This document shows, piece by piece, positions 1 to 7,214 of a DNA stretch of 28,154 nucleotides. The stretch lies in assembly GCA_048594525.1 (NCBI GenBank), contig JBMDXV010000078.1, forward strand, positions 1 to 28,154. Direction: 5' to 3'. Within the stretch, counting starts at the first letter, position 1, and each line of letters starts with the position of its first letter. Under the pieces are notes generated by a model, which saw only the letters and a program-made list of their open reading frames with translations, made no database searches and was not told where the DNA came from. Both the position numbers and the translations under genes were made by a program. Source of the stretch: Gammaproteobacteria bacterium (lineage in GTDB: Bacteria; Pseudomonadota; Gammaproteobacteria; Francisellales; CACEW01).

Positions 1-111
1 CCTGCTGAAATATTGATTGAGTTGACGCTGTCATCAATTGAGACGGGGTATAGCGTTGAATCTGAAATTTTAGTGAGGCTTGCGCATTCATTGGCCAAGG
101 CAAGGGTTTAA
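1..111 (+). CDS. 3' end of an unidentified CDS truncated by the window edge (PAEILIELTLSS...LAKARV*)
   Basis: Frame 1 is open from base 1 to TAA at 109-111. It is co-directional with the next genes. The product cannot be recognised from 36 residues. Confidence 0.5.
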   Translation, partial: PAEILIELTLSSIETGYSVESEILVRLAHSLAKARV

Positions 112-138
112 GTTTTTTAGCAACATGAGGGAGTAAAA

Positions 139-735
139 ATGATCTATACCTATTATCGAAATGAAGAGGGAGCCGTTCAAGAGATGGCTCGCTATACCAA
201 AGCGACCTTTGGAGAATCAAAAGTCACGGCGGTTGAAAACGAGGCTTCTCTTAAGGCGCACTGGAAAGATACGCGACTACCTGAAATTTTTAAGCGGTTC
301 AAATCAGGTGATGCACTAATTGTGTTGGATGCGCCTAACCTTGCGTGTTCGATGACGCAGATATTAGAAATTTTAAAGATCACTGTGGCGCAAGGGGTGG
401 CGATTCATTTTATTAGATATCAGACAGTGATGAAGAATGACACGCCTGAAATAGAGTCCAAGGCCTTATTAAACTTGATCAGTAGAATCCAAAATCACTA
501 TACCGTTAAACGAACCCATGAAGCGATTGGAAGGAGGAAGGCATCGGGCTTGCCATTGGGTAGGCCGAAGGGGCGCAAGAATAAGGCATTAAAGCTTGAT
601 CCTTTTAAAGCGGATATTGAAAAGTACATGACTATTGGGGTGAGTAAGGCATCGATTGCGAAATTAGTTGCGTGTCATCCGCAGACTTTGCATGACTGGT
701 TGGGCCGAAGAGAGCAGCAGGATGTGAGGGTTTAA
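139..735 (+). CDS. Serine recombinase (resolvase/invertase) family protein with degenerate catalytic motifs and intact C-terminal HTH
   Basis: SD-like GAGGGAG precedes the ATG. The resolvase layout is recognisable (GDALIV...GVAIHFI...KRTHEA...GLPLGRPKG...SKASIAKLVACHPQTL), but YxRVS reads YYRNE and DRLxR reads PNLAC. Confidence 0.8.
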   Translation: MIYTYYRNEEGAVQEMARYTKATFGESKVTAVENEASLKAHWKDTRLPEIFKRFKSGDALIVLDAPNLACSMTQILEILKITVAQGVAIHFIRYQTVMKNDTPEIESKALLNLISRIQNHYTVKRTHEAIGRRKASGLPLGRPKGRKNKALKLDPFKADIEKYMTIGVSKASIAKLVACHPQTLHDWLGRREQQDVRV

Positions 736-738
736 AGT

Positions 739-1248
739 ATGAAACTGTCTTTCGTTCAGGGGGCTATTTTAGGGGGAGCGCTGATACAGAGTGCTTATGC
801 TCTGCAAGAAGATCCCACACCTTATCCTCTTTACAGCGGGACAGCTTTAAGTTGCAGCGCCCTTGGGCCGGATGGAACAGACTGCTGCGCCTATCAGGGC
901 TGGAATTCGATGGATGAATGTAATGCGCAAGAAAAGGAGCTTGCTGAAGCAAGAGCCGTTGGGGCGGCAGAATATATTGGAAACCTTTGTGTTGAAAAAG
1001 AGGGGGCATGTGTTTCTTCAAGTTCTGTCTACTGTGTGTTTAAAGAAGGGGATCAGTGGGATAAAGGAGCGTATCTCATACAAACTACCGTCCGAAAATA
1101 TCTGAATATGGGTTTTGGTACTGCAAGCCAGCCCGATTGTAAGGGGTTAAGCAAGCATCAACTGACTGTTGGTCTGCTTATGTTTATAAGCAGTGGTATG
1201 ACAAGAGATCAGGCGGAGCAGGCTTGGGCAGAGGAAAGCAATTCATAA
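739..1248 (+). CDS. Secreted Cys-rich protein homologous to the TraN C-terminal domain (mini-TraN)
   Basis: Signal peptide ends in A-Y-A. All 8 Cys and the motifs CC..GW, EKEL..AR..G, YC.F and FG....PDC.G align by eye with the C-terminus of the TraN at 4095-6053. Confidence 0.8.
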   Translation: MKLSFVQGAILGGALIQSAYALQEDPTPYPLYSGTALSCSALGPDGTDCCAYQGWNSMDECNAQEKELAEARAVGAAEYIGNLCVEKEGACVSSSSVYCVFKEGDQWDKGAYLIQTTVRKYLNMGFGTASQPDCKGLSKHQLTVGLLMFISSGMTRDQAEQAWAEESNS

Positions 1249-1268
1249 GGATCAATAAAGGGGGAGAT

Positions 1269-1562
1269 ATGTCACAGCACTTTTTTAATACAGAGTATCA
1301 AGGTCGGCCCGTAGAAGTCGTGATGGGCTGGGATAGGCCCTTGCAGGAATACTTTTTATGGATCAGGTGGCTGGACCGTAAAGAGTACGATGGGGAGAGG
1401 TTTTTATGGCACAACCTAGATCACGATGTGAAGGAGCGTCATCTGTTTTATACCTTTGTGCGGGTGCTGGAGTCATTTGGGATTGAAGTGCCAAAGGAGA
1501 TGCTTGATGGAGTACTCAGAGATGGACAAGAAAATGCGGGCAGTAAAAAGGTTATTTATTAG
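1269..1562 (+). CDS. Small hypothetical protein (MGWDRPLQ.YF motif)
   Basis: GGGGAG SD at 1261-1266 supports the ATG at 1269 rather than the ORF-track start at 1224. The sequence is protein-like; no function is recognised. Confidence 0.7.
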   Translation: MSQHFFNTEYQGRPVEVVMGWDRPLQEYFLWIRWLDRKEYDGERFLWHNLDHDVKERHLFYTFVRVLESFGIEVPKEMLDGVLRDGQENAGSKKVIY

Positions 1563-1571
1563 GCTTTATTA

Positions 1572-1907
1572 TTAATGGTGGAACCAAAAGAGGAGCATGT
1601 TAATGACAACGACGAGGCAAAAGCCAAAGACAATCTTAGTGAGCATATCAAGCTTGCCATCTGAGCGGGCAATGTCTTCTTTGAACTCAGCCCGCAGCAG
1701 CGCATTGTCAGCGCGAACAGAAGCAATCTCCTCTTTAAGCTTAACTTCAACGAGCAGCAGATCTTCTTTTGTAGCAAGACGTTCAATACTGCTGTTGGTG
1801 GCATCCTTAATCATTTCAACCAGAGTTTCAGCCTGGTCGTCTTTAATTCCAGAGCGCTTGAGGGCATTGAATGACTTTAAGGTATCAAACTGGTGTAGGG
1901 CTTGCAT
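1572..1907 (-). CDS. CCDC90/DUF1640-like coiled-coil protein with C-terminal membrane anchor
   Basis: FDTL...L...G....QAE head motif, LATKEDL neck motif, heptad coiled coil and a C-terminal hydrophobic helix (IVFGFCLVVVINMLLFWF). Confidence 0.8.
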   Translation of the reverse strand: MQALHQFDTLKSFNALKRSGIKDDQAETLVEMIKDATNSSIERLATKEDLLLVEVKLKEEIASVRADNALLRAEFKEDIARSDGKLDMLTKIVFGFCLVVVINMLLFWFHH

Positions 1908-1997
1908 GGCTCAACTCAAAAAAGTGACTTATATGAATTATAACAAAATTCTGATCAAAACACTAAACATAAAAGTCGAGTTTAGAGGAGAATCAGT
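1908..1997. promoter_or_regulatory. AT-rich divergent intergenic region, expected to carry promoters for traU and the CCDC90-like gene
   Basis: The flanking genes diverge and there is a GAGGAG SD before traU. Individual -10/-35 boxes are not assigned. Confidence 0.45.
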
Positions 1998-2993
1998 ATG
2001 CGTCTGTTAAAGCCCCTAGCCGCCTTACTGCTCAGCTTGGACATCGTCTCTCTCCATGCCGCAGGCTCGACCTGCCAGGGCAACTTTGTTGATCCCATTA
2101 GTGACATCTGCTGGGACTGCATGTTTCCGGTGTCGATCGGGGGACTAACCGTTATCCCAGGGGCAGATCACAGCGATAGCACGCCGAGTTCACCGATTTG
2201 TGTGTGTAAGACAGATACCTTGCCGCGCGTTGGGATTACTTTTAGCTATTGGGAACCTTTTGCGCTTGAAGATGTGACGACCACGCCGATGTGCATGGTG
2301 AACTTAGGCGGGATTTCCCTGCCGATTCCGGGCTTATCGAATGATATGGGAGGCGAAGGGAATGCGCTCAATAATTCCTCAGAAGACCCGAACCCTTTCT
2401 TCTGGGTACACTGGTACAAATATCCGCTCTTGTACTGGCTTAACATTATTACGGATGTGGGCTGTATGGATACCGGGAACTTTGACATTGCGTATTTAAC
2501 CGAACTTGATCCCACCTGGAACAATGATTTACTGGGCTTTGTTTTGAATCCTGAAGCCATTTTATTTGGCAATCCCATTGCCCAGGCTTCCTGTGTTGCG
2601 GATGCAGCGGCAGCGATGGTGAAGCATCCCATTGATGCGATGTTTTGGTGCATGGGGGCGCAGGGCAGTGCGTATCCCTTAACAGGCAATATTGCGGGAA
2701 CCAGTTCCACAGTGAGCGGAACAGTCCTGGAAGGGGAGCGCATGAATTATAAGCTCCACCGGGAGGGCTTGCTCTGGGACACCTATGCAAACAATCTGTG
2801 TCAGCCCTTGCCTACGCCTATTTTGCCGAAGTCTCGTTACAGTTATCAGATGGTGAATACGACGCCGGATGCGAGTAGCTGTTATCCCTATGGGGACTCC
2901 AGCATCTTTTGGGAGTCGGGTCACGATAATCCAGCGGAACATGGGAACTTTGGATATTTGGTCTGGCGTGAAAGAGATTGTTGTTTTATGTAG
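1998..2993 (+). CDS. traU: Conjugal transfer pilus assembly protein TraU
   Basis: Signal peptide, CQGNFVDPISDICWDCMFPVSIG, YWEP, FFWVHWYKYP, ELDPTW and terminal W.E.DCC motifs typical of TraU. Confidence 0.93.
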   Translation: MRLLKPLAALLLSLDIVSLHAAGSTCQGNFVDPISDICWDCMFPVSIGGLTVIPGADHSDSTPSSPICVCKTDTLPRVGITFSYWEPFALEDVTTTPMCMVNLGGISLPIPGLSNDMGGEGNALNNSSEDPNPFFWVHWYKYPLLYWLNIITDVGCMDTGNFDIAYLTELDPTWNNDLLGFVLNPEAILFGNPIAQASCVADAAAAMVKHPIDAMFWCMGAQGSAYPLTGNIAGTSSTVSGTVLEGERMNYKLHREGLLWDTYANNLCQPLPTPILPKSRYSYQMVNTTPDASSCYPYGDSSIFWESGHDNPAEHGNFGYLVWRERDCCFM

Positions 2994-3012
2994 TTTTTTG
3001 CAGGAGAAGAGC

Positions 3013-4098
3013 GTGAATATACATCAGAAATTAGGTCTGGAAGGCTTAGAAAAGAAAAGACACCTAGAAGCCTTTCCTTCTCATATAGTGCGAGCTATGA
3101 GGATGCATAAAAACACTATTAGCCCACCAGAGAGTGAAGCATACGTCTCCTCGCGGCTGAAAGCAAGACAGTCAACGCATGGGCTTTTATGGAGCAGGTC
3201 TATCTTAGCTCATATATTAGGGACTGGTCTGGCAGGCTCAGAAAAAAAAGAAATAGGCCGGATCTTTTTTTTCCACATAGTGCAAACCACAATAAGGATA
3301 AAAGAAAACACTATTAGCCCACCAGAGGGTAAACCATACGCCCTCTCGCGATTGAAAGCAAATCGGTCAGGGTGGGGATGCGGCAAGGTTCTTTTAGGCT
3401 GTGCATTAGGCTTGGCTAGCCTCGGAATAGCCAAAGGAGCAACCCCTATTCCCGACAGCACGCTCCAAGCCATGGTTCAGGGCGCCCAGGACAATGAAGC
3501 ACACTTTAAAGCGAGCCAAGGCTACCAAGATATCGTGCAAGCTTCCAAAGTGCAAGCGTCGACATTAAAACCTTATGTTTCTTTAGGAAAGACCCCGCCT
3601 CCTGCTTCCTATCAGTCTGTGGTGAACACACTGGGTTTAAATACACAGGCTAATAATGGGGCGAGCAATGGCCCCACTAATCCCAAAGTCGCAACAGGTG
3701 CAATTGAATTTGTCTCTTTATCGATGCCGGTTGCCTCTTTACGGCAGATTTTAACGGATGCAGCGCGGTATAACATTCCGGTCGTGATTCGGGGCCTACT
3801 CCAGAACAATTGGAAACTTACGACCTCTGTAATCACCTCCATTCTACAACCTTCGGGAATGCCACCTATCCAAGGCAGCTTTGAAATTGACCCCGTGTGG
3901 TTCCGAACCTTTGGGATTAGTGAAGCACCTGCCTTGGTAGTGGTTGACCCCAACAATGCCTGCACAACACCGACCTGTACCCCATCCTTTGATGTGGTGT
4001 ATGGCAATATCTCCATTCAAAACGCGCTGGAACTCATACGGAATAAAGGCACCGTGGGGCAGAGCCTTGCGGCAGAATACCTGGGAGGCCAATCATGA
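3013..4098 (+). CDS. trbC: Type-F pilin assembly protein TrbC (start uncertain: GTG 3013 with a long N-terminal extension, or ATG 3378 with a +1 frameshift)
   Basis: C-terminal FVSLSMP..SLRQI..DA.RY.IPVVIRGL...IDPVWFRTFGISEAPALV...FDVVYGNISI..ALE is the TrbC signature. It lies between traU and traN. AGGAG SD at 3002-3006 precedes an in-frame GTG at 3013. Confidence 0.85.
   Translation: MNIHQKLGLEGLEKKRHLEAFPSHIVRAMRMHKNTISPPESEAYVSSRLKARQSTHGLLWSRSILAHILGTGLAGSEKKEIGRIFFFHIVQTTIRIKENTISPPEGKPYALSRLKANRSGWGCGKVLLGCALGLASLGIAKGATPIPDSTLQAMVQGAQDNEAHFKASQGYQDIVQASKVQASTLKPYVSLGKTPPPASYQSVVNTLGLNTQANNGASNGPTNPKVATGAIEFVSLSMPVASLRQILTDAARYNIPVVIRGLLQNNWKLTTSVITSILQPSGMPPIQGSFEIDPVWFRTFGISEAPALVVVDPNNACTTPTCTPSFDVVYGNISIQNALELIRNKGTVGQSLAAEYLGGQS
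3034..3361 (+). repeat. Imperfect tandem direct repeat, unit ~192-195 bp
   Basis: AAAACACTATTAGCCCACCAGAG is identical at 3110-3132 and 3305-3327. 3110-3166 vs 3305-3361 match 49/57. GGTCTGG.AGGCT.AGAAAA recurs at 3034 and 3226. Confidence 0.9.
3241..3273. repeat. Perfect 11-bp inverted repeat with 11-nt loop (GAAAAAAAAGA...TCTTTTTTTTC)
   Basis: Read directly from the sequence; it lies inside the second repeat unit. Confidence 0.8.
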
Positions 4099-6053
4099 AG
4101 GCCCTTTATCTTGCACTTCTTCCCTTCTTACTGCCTACTTTGAGCTTTGCTGATGTCGCATCAGACTGGTCAAGCGATGTGGCTTTCGCTCAGGGTGCAG
4201 AGGGCGCTGCGGCGGGGAATAGTAGCGCACAGATCAACCAGAGCGAAAGCATCCCGGGCTTTAGCAATAACCCCAGTGAAGAATCTTACTACAATAATCC
4301 GAATGGCATTCCCACAGCAGCCGATGTTGCGGCCACGACTGATCCCAATGCACAAAACATGGTAGGTCAATTTAATAGTGGAAATGATCTCCCGGTTAAT
4401 AGCAATTCACCCATGGTACAGACAGGGAATACCATTCAACAAAATATCAGCGGAATTATCAGCGGCACCTATCCTGGCTGTACGCAGCAGCAGTCTTGTC
4501 CCGGAGGATACCAAGAACACACTTGCGAAACCTCTCGATCGCAGCAGTTGAACTGCACCAATACCTTGAATGTCACCGTGAATTATCAGCCCTACCCTTT
4601 TGATTGTAACCACCTGGTTGCGGATAACAGCAATGTCGCATATTACACGGAAGTACCCGGGCCAGATGGGAATGGCAACTGCGTTACCGGGTTTACTCAA
4701 GTCTATATTAATGTAGGCCCCTCTTCAAAGCCTTTTGGAGAAAGTGGCAGCATGCAGGCGACGCTGCCCCCGAACGTTTCGGGAACGCTCTTTATGACCT
4801 TGCGGGGATTAGATTACAACGGAGACTTTAAGCCGCAATATGATCACTTGAGCCTTGCTGTGAATGGAAATGGGCTTCCCAGTTCAAGCATTGTGAACCC
4901 TAAATTCGCGAATGCGGATGTGCTCTGGGGGACAACGACGAGTGGCTTTAAGACACCGAACACAGGAGCCTTGGTCAACGTCAGCTACAGCTATAATCTG
5001 AGTGCTACCGGAGATACCGCGCAGCATGGCTACTATTTTAATCCGATCAACGGCATCAAGCCTGCGACGATGTACATTATATATCCCTATACGGCCTTTA
5101 ATATTCCGTCAGTCAGTACCGCCTGGGTGAATTCCTGTGGGACTATTCCTTCGATGTGCAACATGACAAGCCAAACCTGCACCGATAATTCAGGGACAAA
5201 GACCATTAATGGCGACCCGGTGACCGAGCCCTGCTGGCAGTACAGCCAGGTGTATCAATGTAATGGCCCGTCTATTCCCGCACAGGATAGCTGCGCGCCG
5301 TATCAAAATACTTGTAATCCTATCAGCAGCACCTGTGATCCTGACTCGGAAGTAGATGGCTATTGTTTAGTACAGAACGTGACTTATTCCTGTCCGAATG
5401 GCCCCTGTTCGTCAAACCTCGTGTGCGGGATGGATGAGTTTTGCGTGAGCGGAGACTGCTACACGCCGACCCCGAGTCAAAGTACCGACTTTGGCAAAGA
5501 CGATTCTGAGATGGCGGCAGTGACGGGCGCCATGCAGTCTGCGATCAACAGTGGGAGTGAGACGGCCTTTACAGGAGACGCACAAAGTTGTCGGGAGTCG
5601 ATTTTAGGCTACATCAACTGCTGTTCAGATTCAGGCTGGGGCATCAACATTGGCTTATCCAATTGCAGTGCCGCTGAAAAGGAATTAGGTCAGGCACGGG
5701 AACAGGGTAGAGCCATCCAGGTGGGAGGGTCTTATTGTTCATCAAGTACCCTTGGGCTTTGTACTGAACACAGCGAAGGGTATTGCATCTTCCCGGATCT
5801 GATTTCGTATGACGTTCAGGTGCAGGGTAGGCTGGGGCAACTCGGGATTAGCTTTGGGCAGAATTCGAGTCCGGACTGTTCGGGAATCAGTATCCCTAAC
5901 TTACAAAAGATTAATTTTAGTTTGATTGATTTTAGTAATGTGCAGCAAGAGATTGAGTCGCAAGCGACCTTCCCCGAATCGGGCACAACGCAGACGAATG
6001 TTGAAAAAGAGATCCAGAATATGGAACAGAATTTTAATGGAGGAGGACAATGA
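4095..6053 (+). CDS. traN: Mating-pair stabilisation protein TraN
   Basis: Signal peptide, many Cys, C-terminal NCC...C...EKELGQAR..G...YC...C....YCIF...FG...PDC.G...INFSLIDFS. ATGA overlap with trbC. Confidence 0.92.
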   Translation: MKALYLALLPFLLPTLSFADVASDWSSDVAFAQGAEGAAAGNSSAQINQSESIPGFSNNPSEESYYNNPNGIPTAADVAATTDPNAQNMVGQFNSGNDLPVNSNSPMVQTGNTIQQNISGIISGTYPGCTQQQSCPGGYQEHTCETSRSQQLNCTNTLNVTVNYQPYPFDCNHLVADNSNVAYYTEVPGPDGNGNCVTGFTQVYINVGPSSKPFGESGSMQATLPPNVSGTLFMTLRGLDYNGDFKPQYDHLSLAVNGNGLPSSSIVNPKFANADVLWGTTTSGFKTPNTGALVNVSYSYNLSATGDTAQHGYYFNPINGIKPATMYIIYPYTAFNIPSVSTAWVNSCGTIPSMCNMTSQTCTDNSGTKTINGDPVTEPCWQYSQVYQCNGPSIPAQDSCAPYQNTCNPISSTCDPDSEVDGYCLVQNVTYSCPNGPCSSNLVCGMDEFCVSGDCYTPTPSQSTDFGKDDSEMAAVTGAMQSAINSGSETAFTGDAQSCRESILGYINCCSDSGWGINIGLSNCSAAEKELGQAREQGRAIQVGGSYCSSSTLGLCTEHSEGYCIFPDLISYDVQVQGRLGQLGISFGQNSSPDCSGISIPNLQKINFSLIDFSNVQQEIESQATFPESGTTQTNVEKEIQNMEQNFNGGGQ

Positions 6054-6808
6054 AGGCGGTCGCTCTCTGTTTTATCCTGTTGCCGGTGCTTGGTCTTGCG
6101 GACTTTTACACGAGCCCTGCAGAAGGGTGGCTGAACTATAACTATGCGGCGCCCGTAAAGCCCCAGGCACAAAAAAAGCCAGAAACGCCCACGGGAGAGA
6201 TGAATGCGTTCCACGTCTATTTTGAAAATGTTAAAAACCAGGCGCTAATGCATCCTGGAAATGAGCAAGATGTAGAAAACTATATGGCACTCCAAAATTA
6301 TGTTCAGAACCGTTCAGTGCAGTTTCAACAGACCTGGCAAAAGGTCTTACTGGATGACCCTCAGTATGACTATGAACTCTTGCACCCCACAGACAGCTTA
6401 GCCAACCAGGTGGAGCACCAGGCAACCCAAGCCGAGGAAGTGGCTGCGGTCAAACACTTTGCAGCTAGCTATGGCTTAGTCTTCTTTTACTACAGTACGG
6501 ATGCCTATGCTAAAACCATGGCCCCAAGCTTACAGAGCTTTGCCGATCAGTATGGCATTGCGTTACTCGGGATTTCGATGGATGGCAACCTATTATCCGC
6601 GATTAGCAACAACCAAACTGATAACAAGGGCCAGGCTTACCGTTTAGGCGTGCAGGATTATCCTGCTTTGTTTCTAGTGAACCCCCAAACCGGCGCATCC
6701 ATTCCGGTGGCCTATGGGTTTTTAGCACAAGATCAATTATTGCAGCGGTTTTATGATTTAGAAACGAATTTTAGTGGTCAAGATTTAATGACAAGTACGG
6801 GGGTCTGA
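6050..6808 (+). CDS. traF: Pilus assembly protein TraF (thioredoxin-like fold without CxxC)
   Basis: EGWLNYN, A...P...NV..Y...Q, YGLVFFY...ISMDG...PALFLVNP.T...P.AYG. CxxC is replaced by DAYA. GGAGGA SD and ATGA overlap. Confidence 0.9.
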   Translation: MKAVALCFILLPVLGLADFYTSPAEGWLNYNYAAPVKPQAQKKPETPTGEMNAFHVYFENVKNQALMHPGNEQDVENYMALQNYVQNRSVQFQQTWQKVLLDDPQYDYELLHPTDSLANQVEHQATQAEEVAAVKHFAASYGLVFFYYSTDAYAKTMAPSLQSFADQYGIALLGISMDGNLLSAISNNQTDNKGQAYRLGVQDYPALFLVNPQTGASIPVAYGFLAQDQLLQRFYDLETNFSGQDLMTSTGV

Positions 6809-6809
6809 G

Positions 6810-7214
6810 ATGATGAAGCGCATAGTGGGTTTAGGGTTATTCTTTTTTTTAAGTACTGCATTTGGGGACTGGAGTCACTATGCGATGGTGCTCTTTTATG
6901 AGTCCACCTGTCCGCACTGTCAGCGCTTTACGCCGATTGTTGCGGACGTTGCAGAGCATGAACAGATCAAGCTCTATGCCTTCACGATGAATGGAGGCAC
7001 CTTGCCTGCGGTAGCAGCAGAAACTGCGCCCGCACAAGACGCGATTATCAATAACTTTTATCAAAGTGCACCGAGTCATGAAGTGCCTGCGGTCTTTTTA
7101 GTGAACGTCGATACGATGGCTTTTTTGCCTGTGTCGATAGGAGAAGAGCCGGAGGATCAGTTTGTGATGCAACTGCAACAGGCTTATCAGGCTTTAGAAG
7201 GAGGTGCAGCATGA
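6810..7214 (+). CDS. trbB: Type-F thiol-disulfide isomerase TrbB
   Basis: Signal peptide, LFYESTCPHCQRF active site, FTMNG and VPAVFLVNV.T; sits between traF and traH. Confidence 0.88.
   Translation: MMKRIVGLGLFFFLSTAFGDWSHYAMVLFYESTCPHCQRFTPIVADVAEHEQIKLYAFTMNGGTLPAVAAETAPAQDAIINNFYQSAPSHEVPAVFLVNVDTMAFLPVSIGEEPEDQFVMQLQQAYQALEGGAA

Noticed and set aside
1597-2010. 137-aa + strand ORF
   Set aside because: Ser-rich antisense shadow of the well-supported CCDC90-like gene.
2869-3012. ORF-track N-terminal extension of trbC
   Set aside because: It overlaps the traU 3' end and has no SD; GTG 3013 has a clear AGGAG.
3110-3361. CRISPR-like repeat pair
   Set aside because: Only two copies, and similarity extends across the would-be spacer; no cas genes.
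3318-3376. c-di-GMP-I riboswitch resemblance (GGTAAACC, GAAA)
   Set aside because: The GNRA-capped P2 arrangement and the downstream GACGCAAAGC-type segment are missing. No riboswitch class could be assigned by eye.
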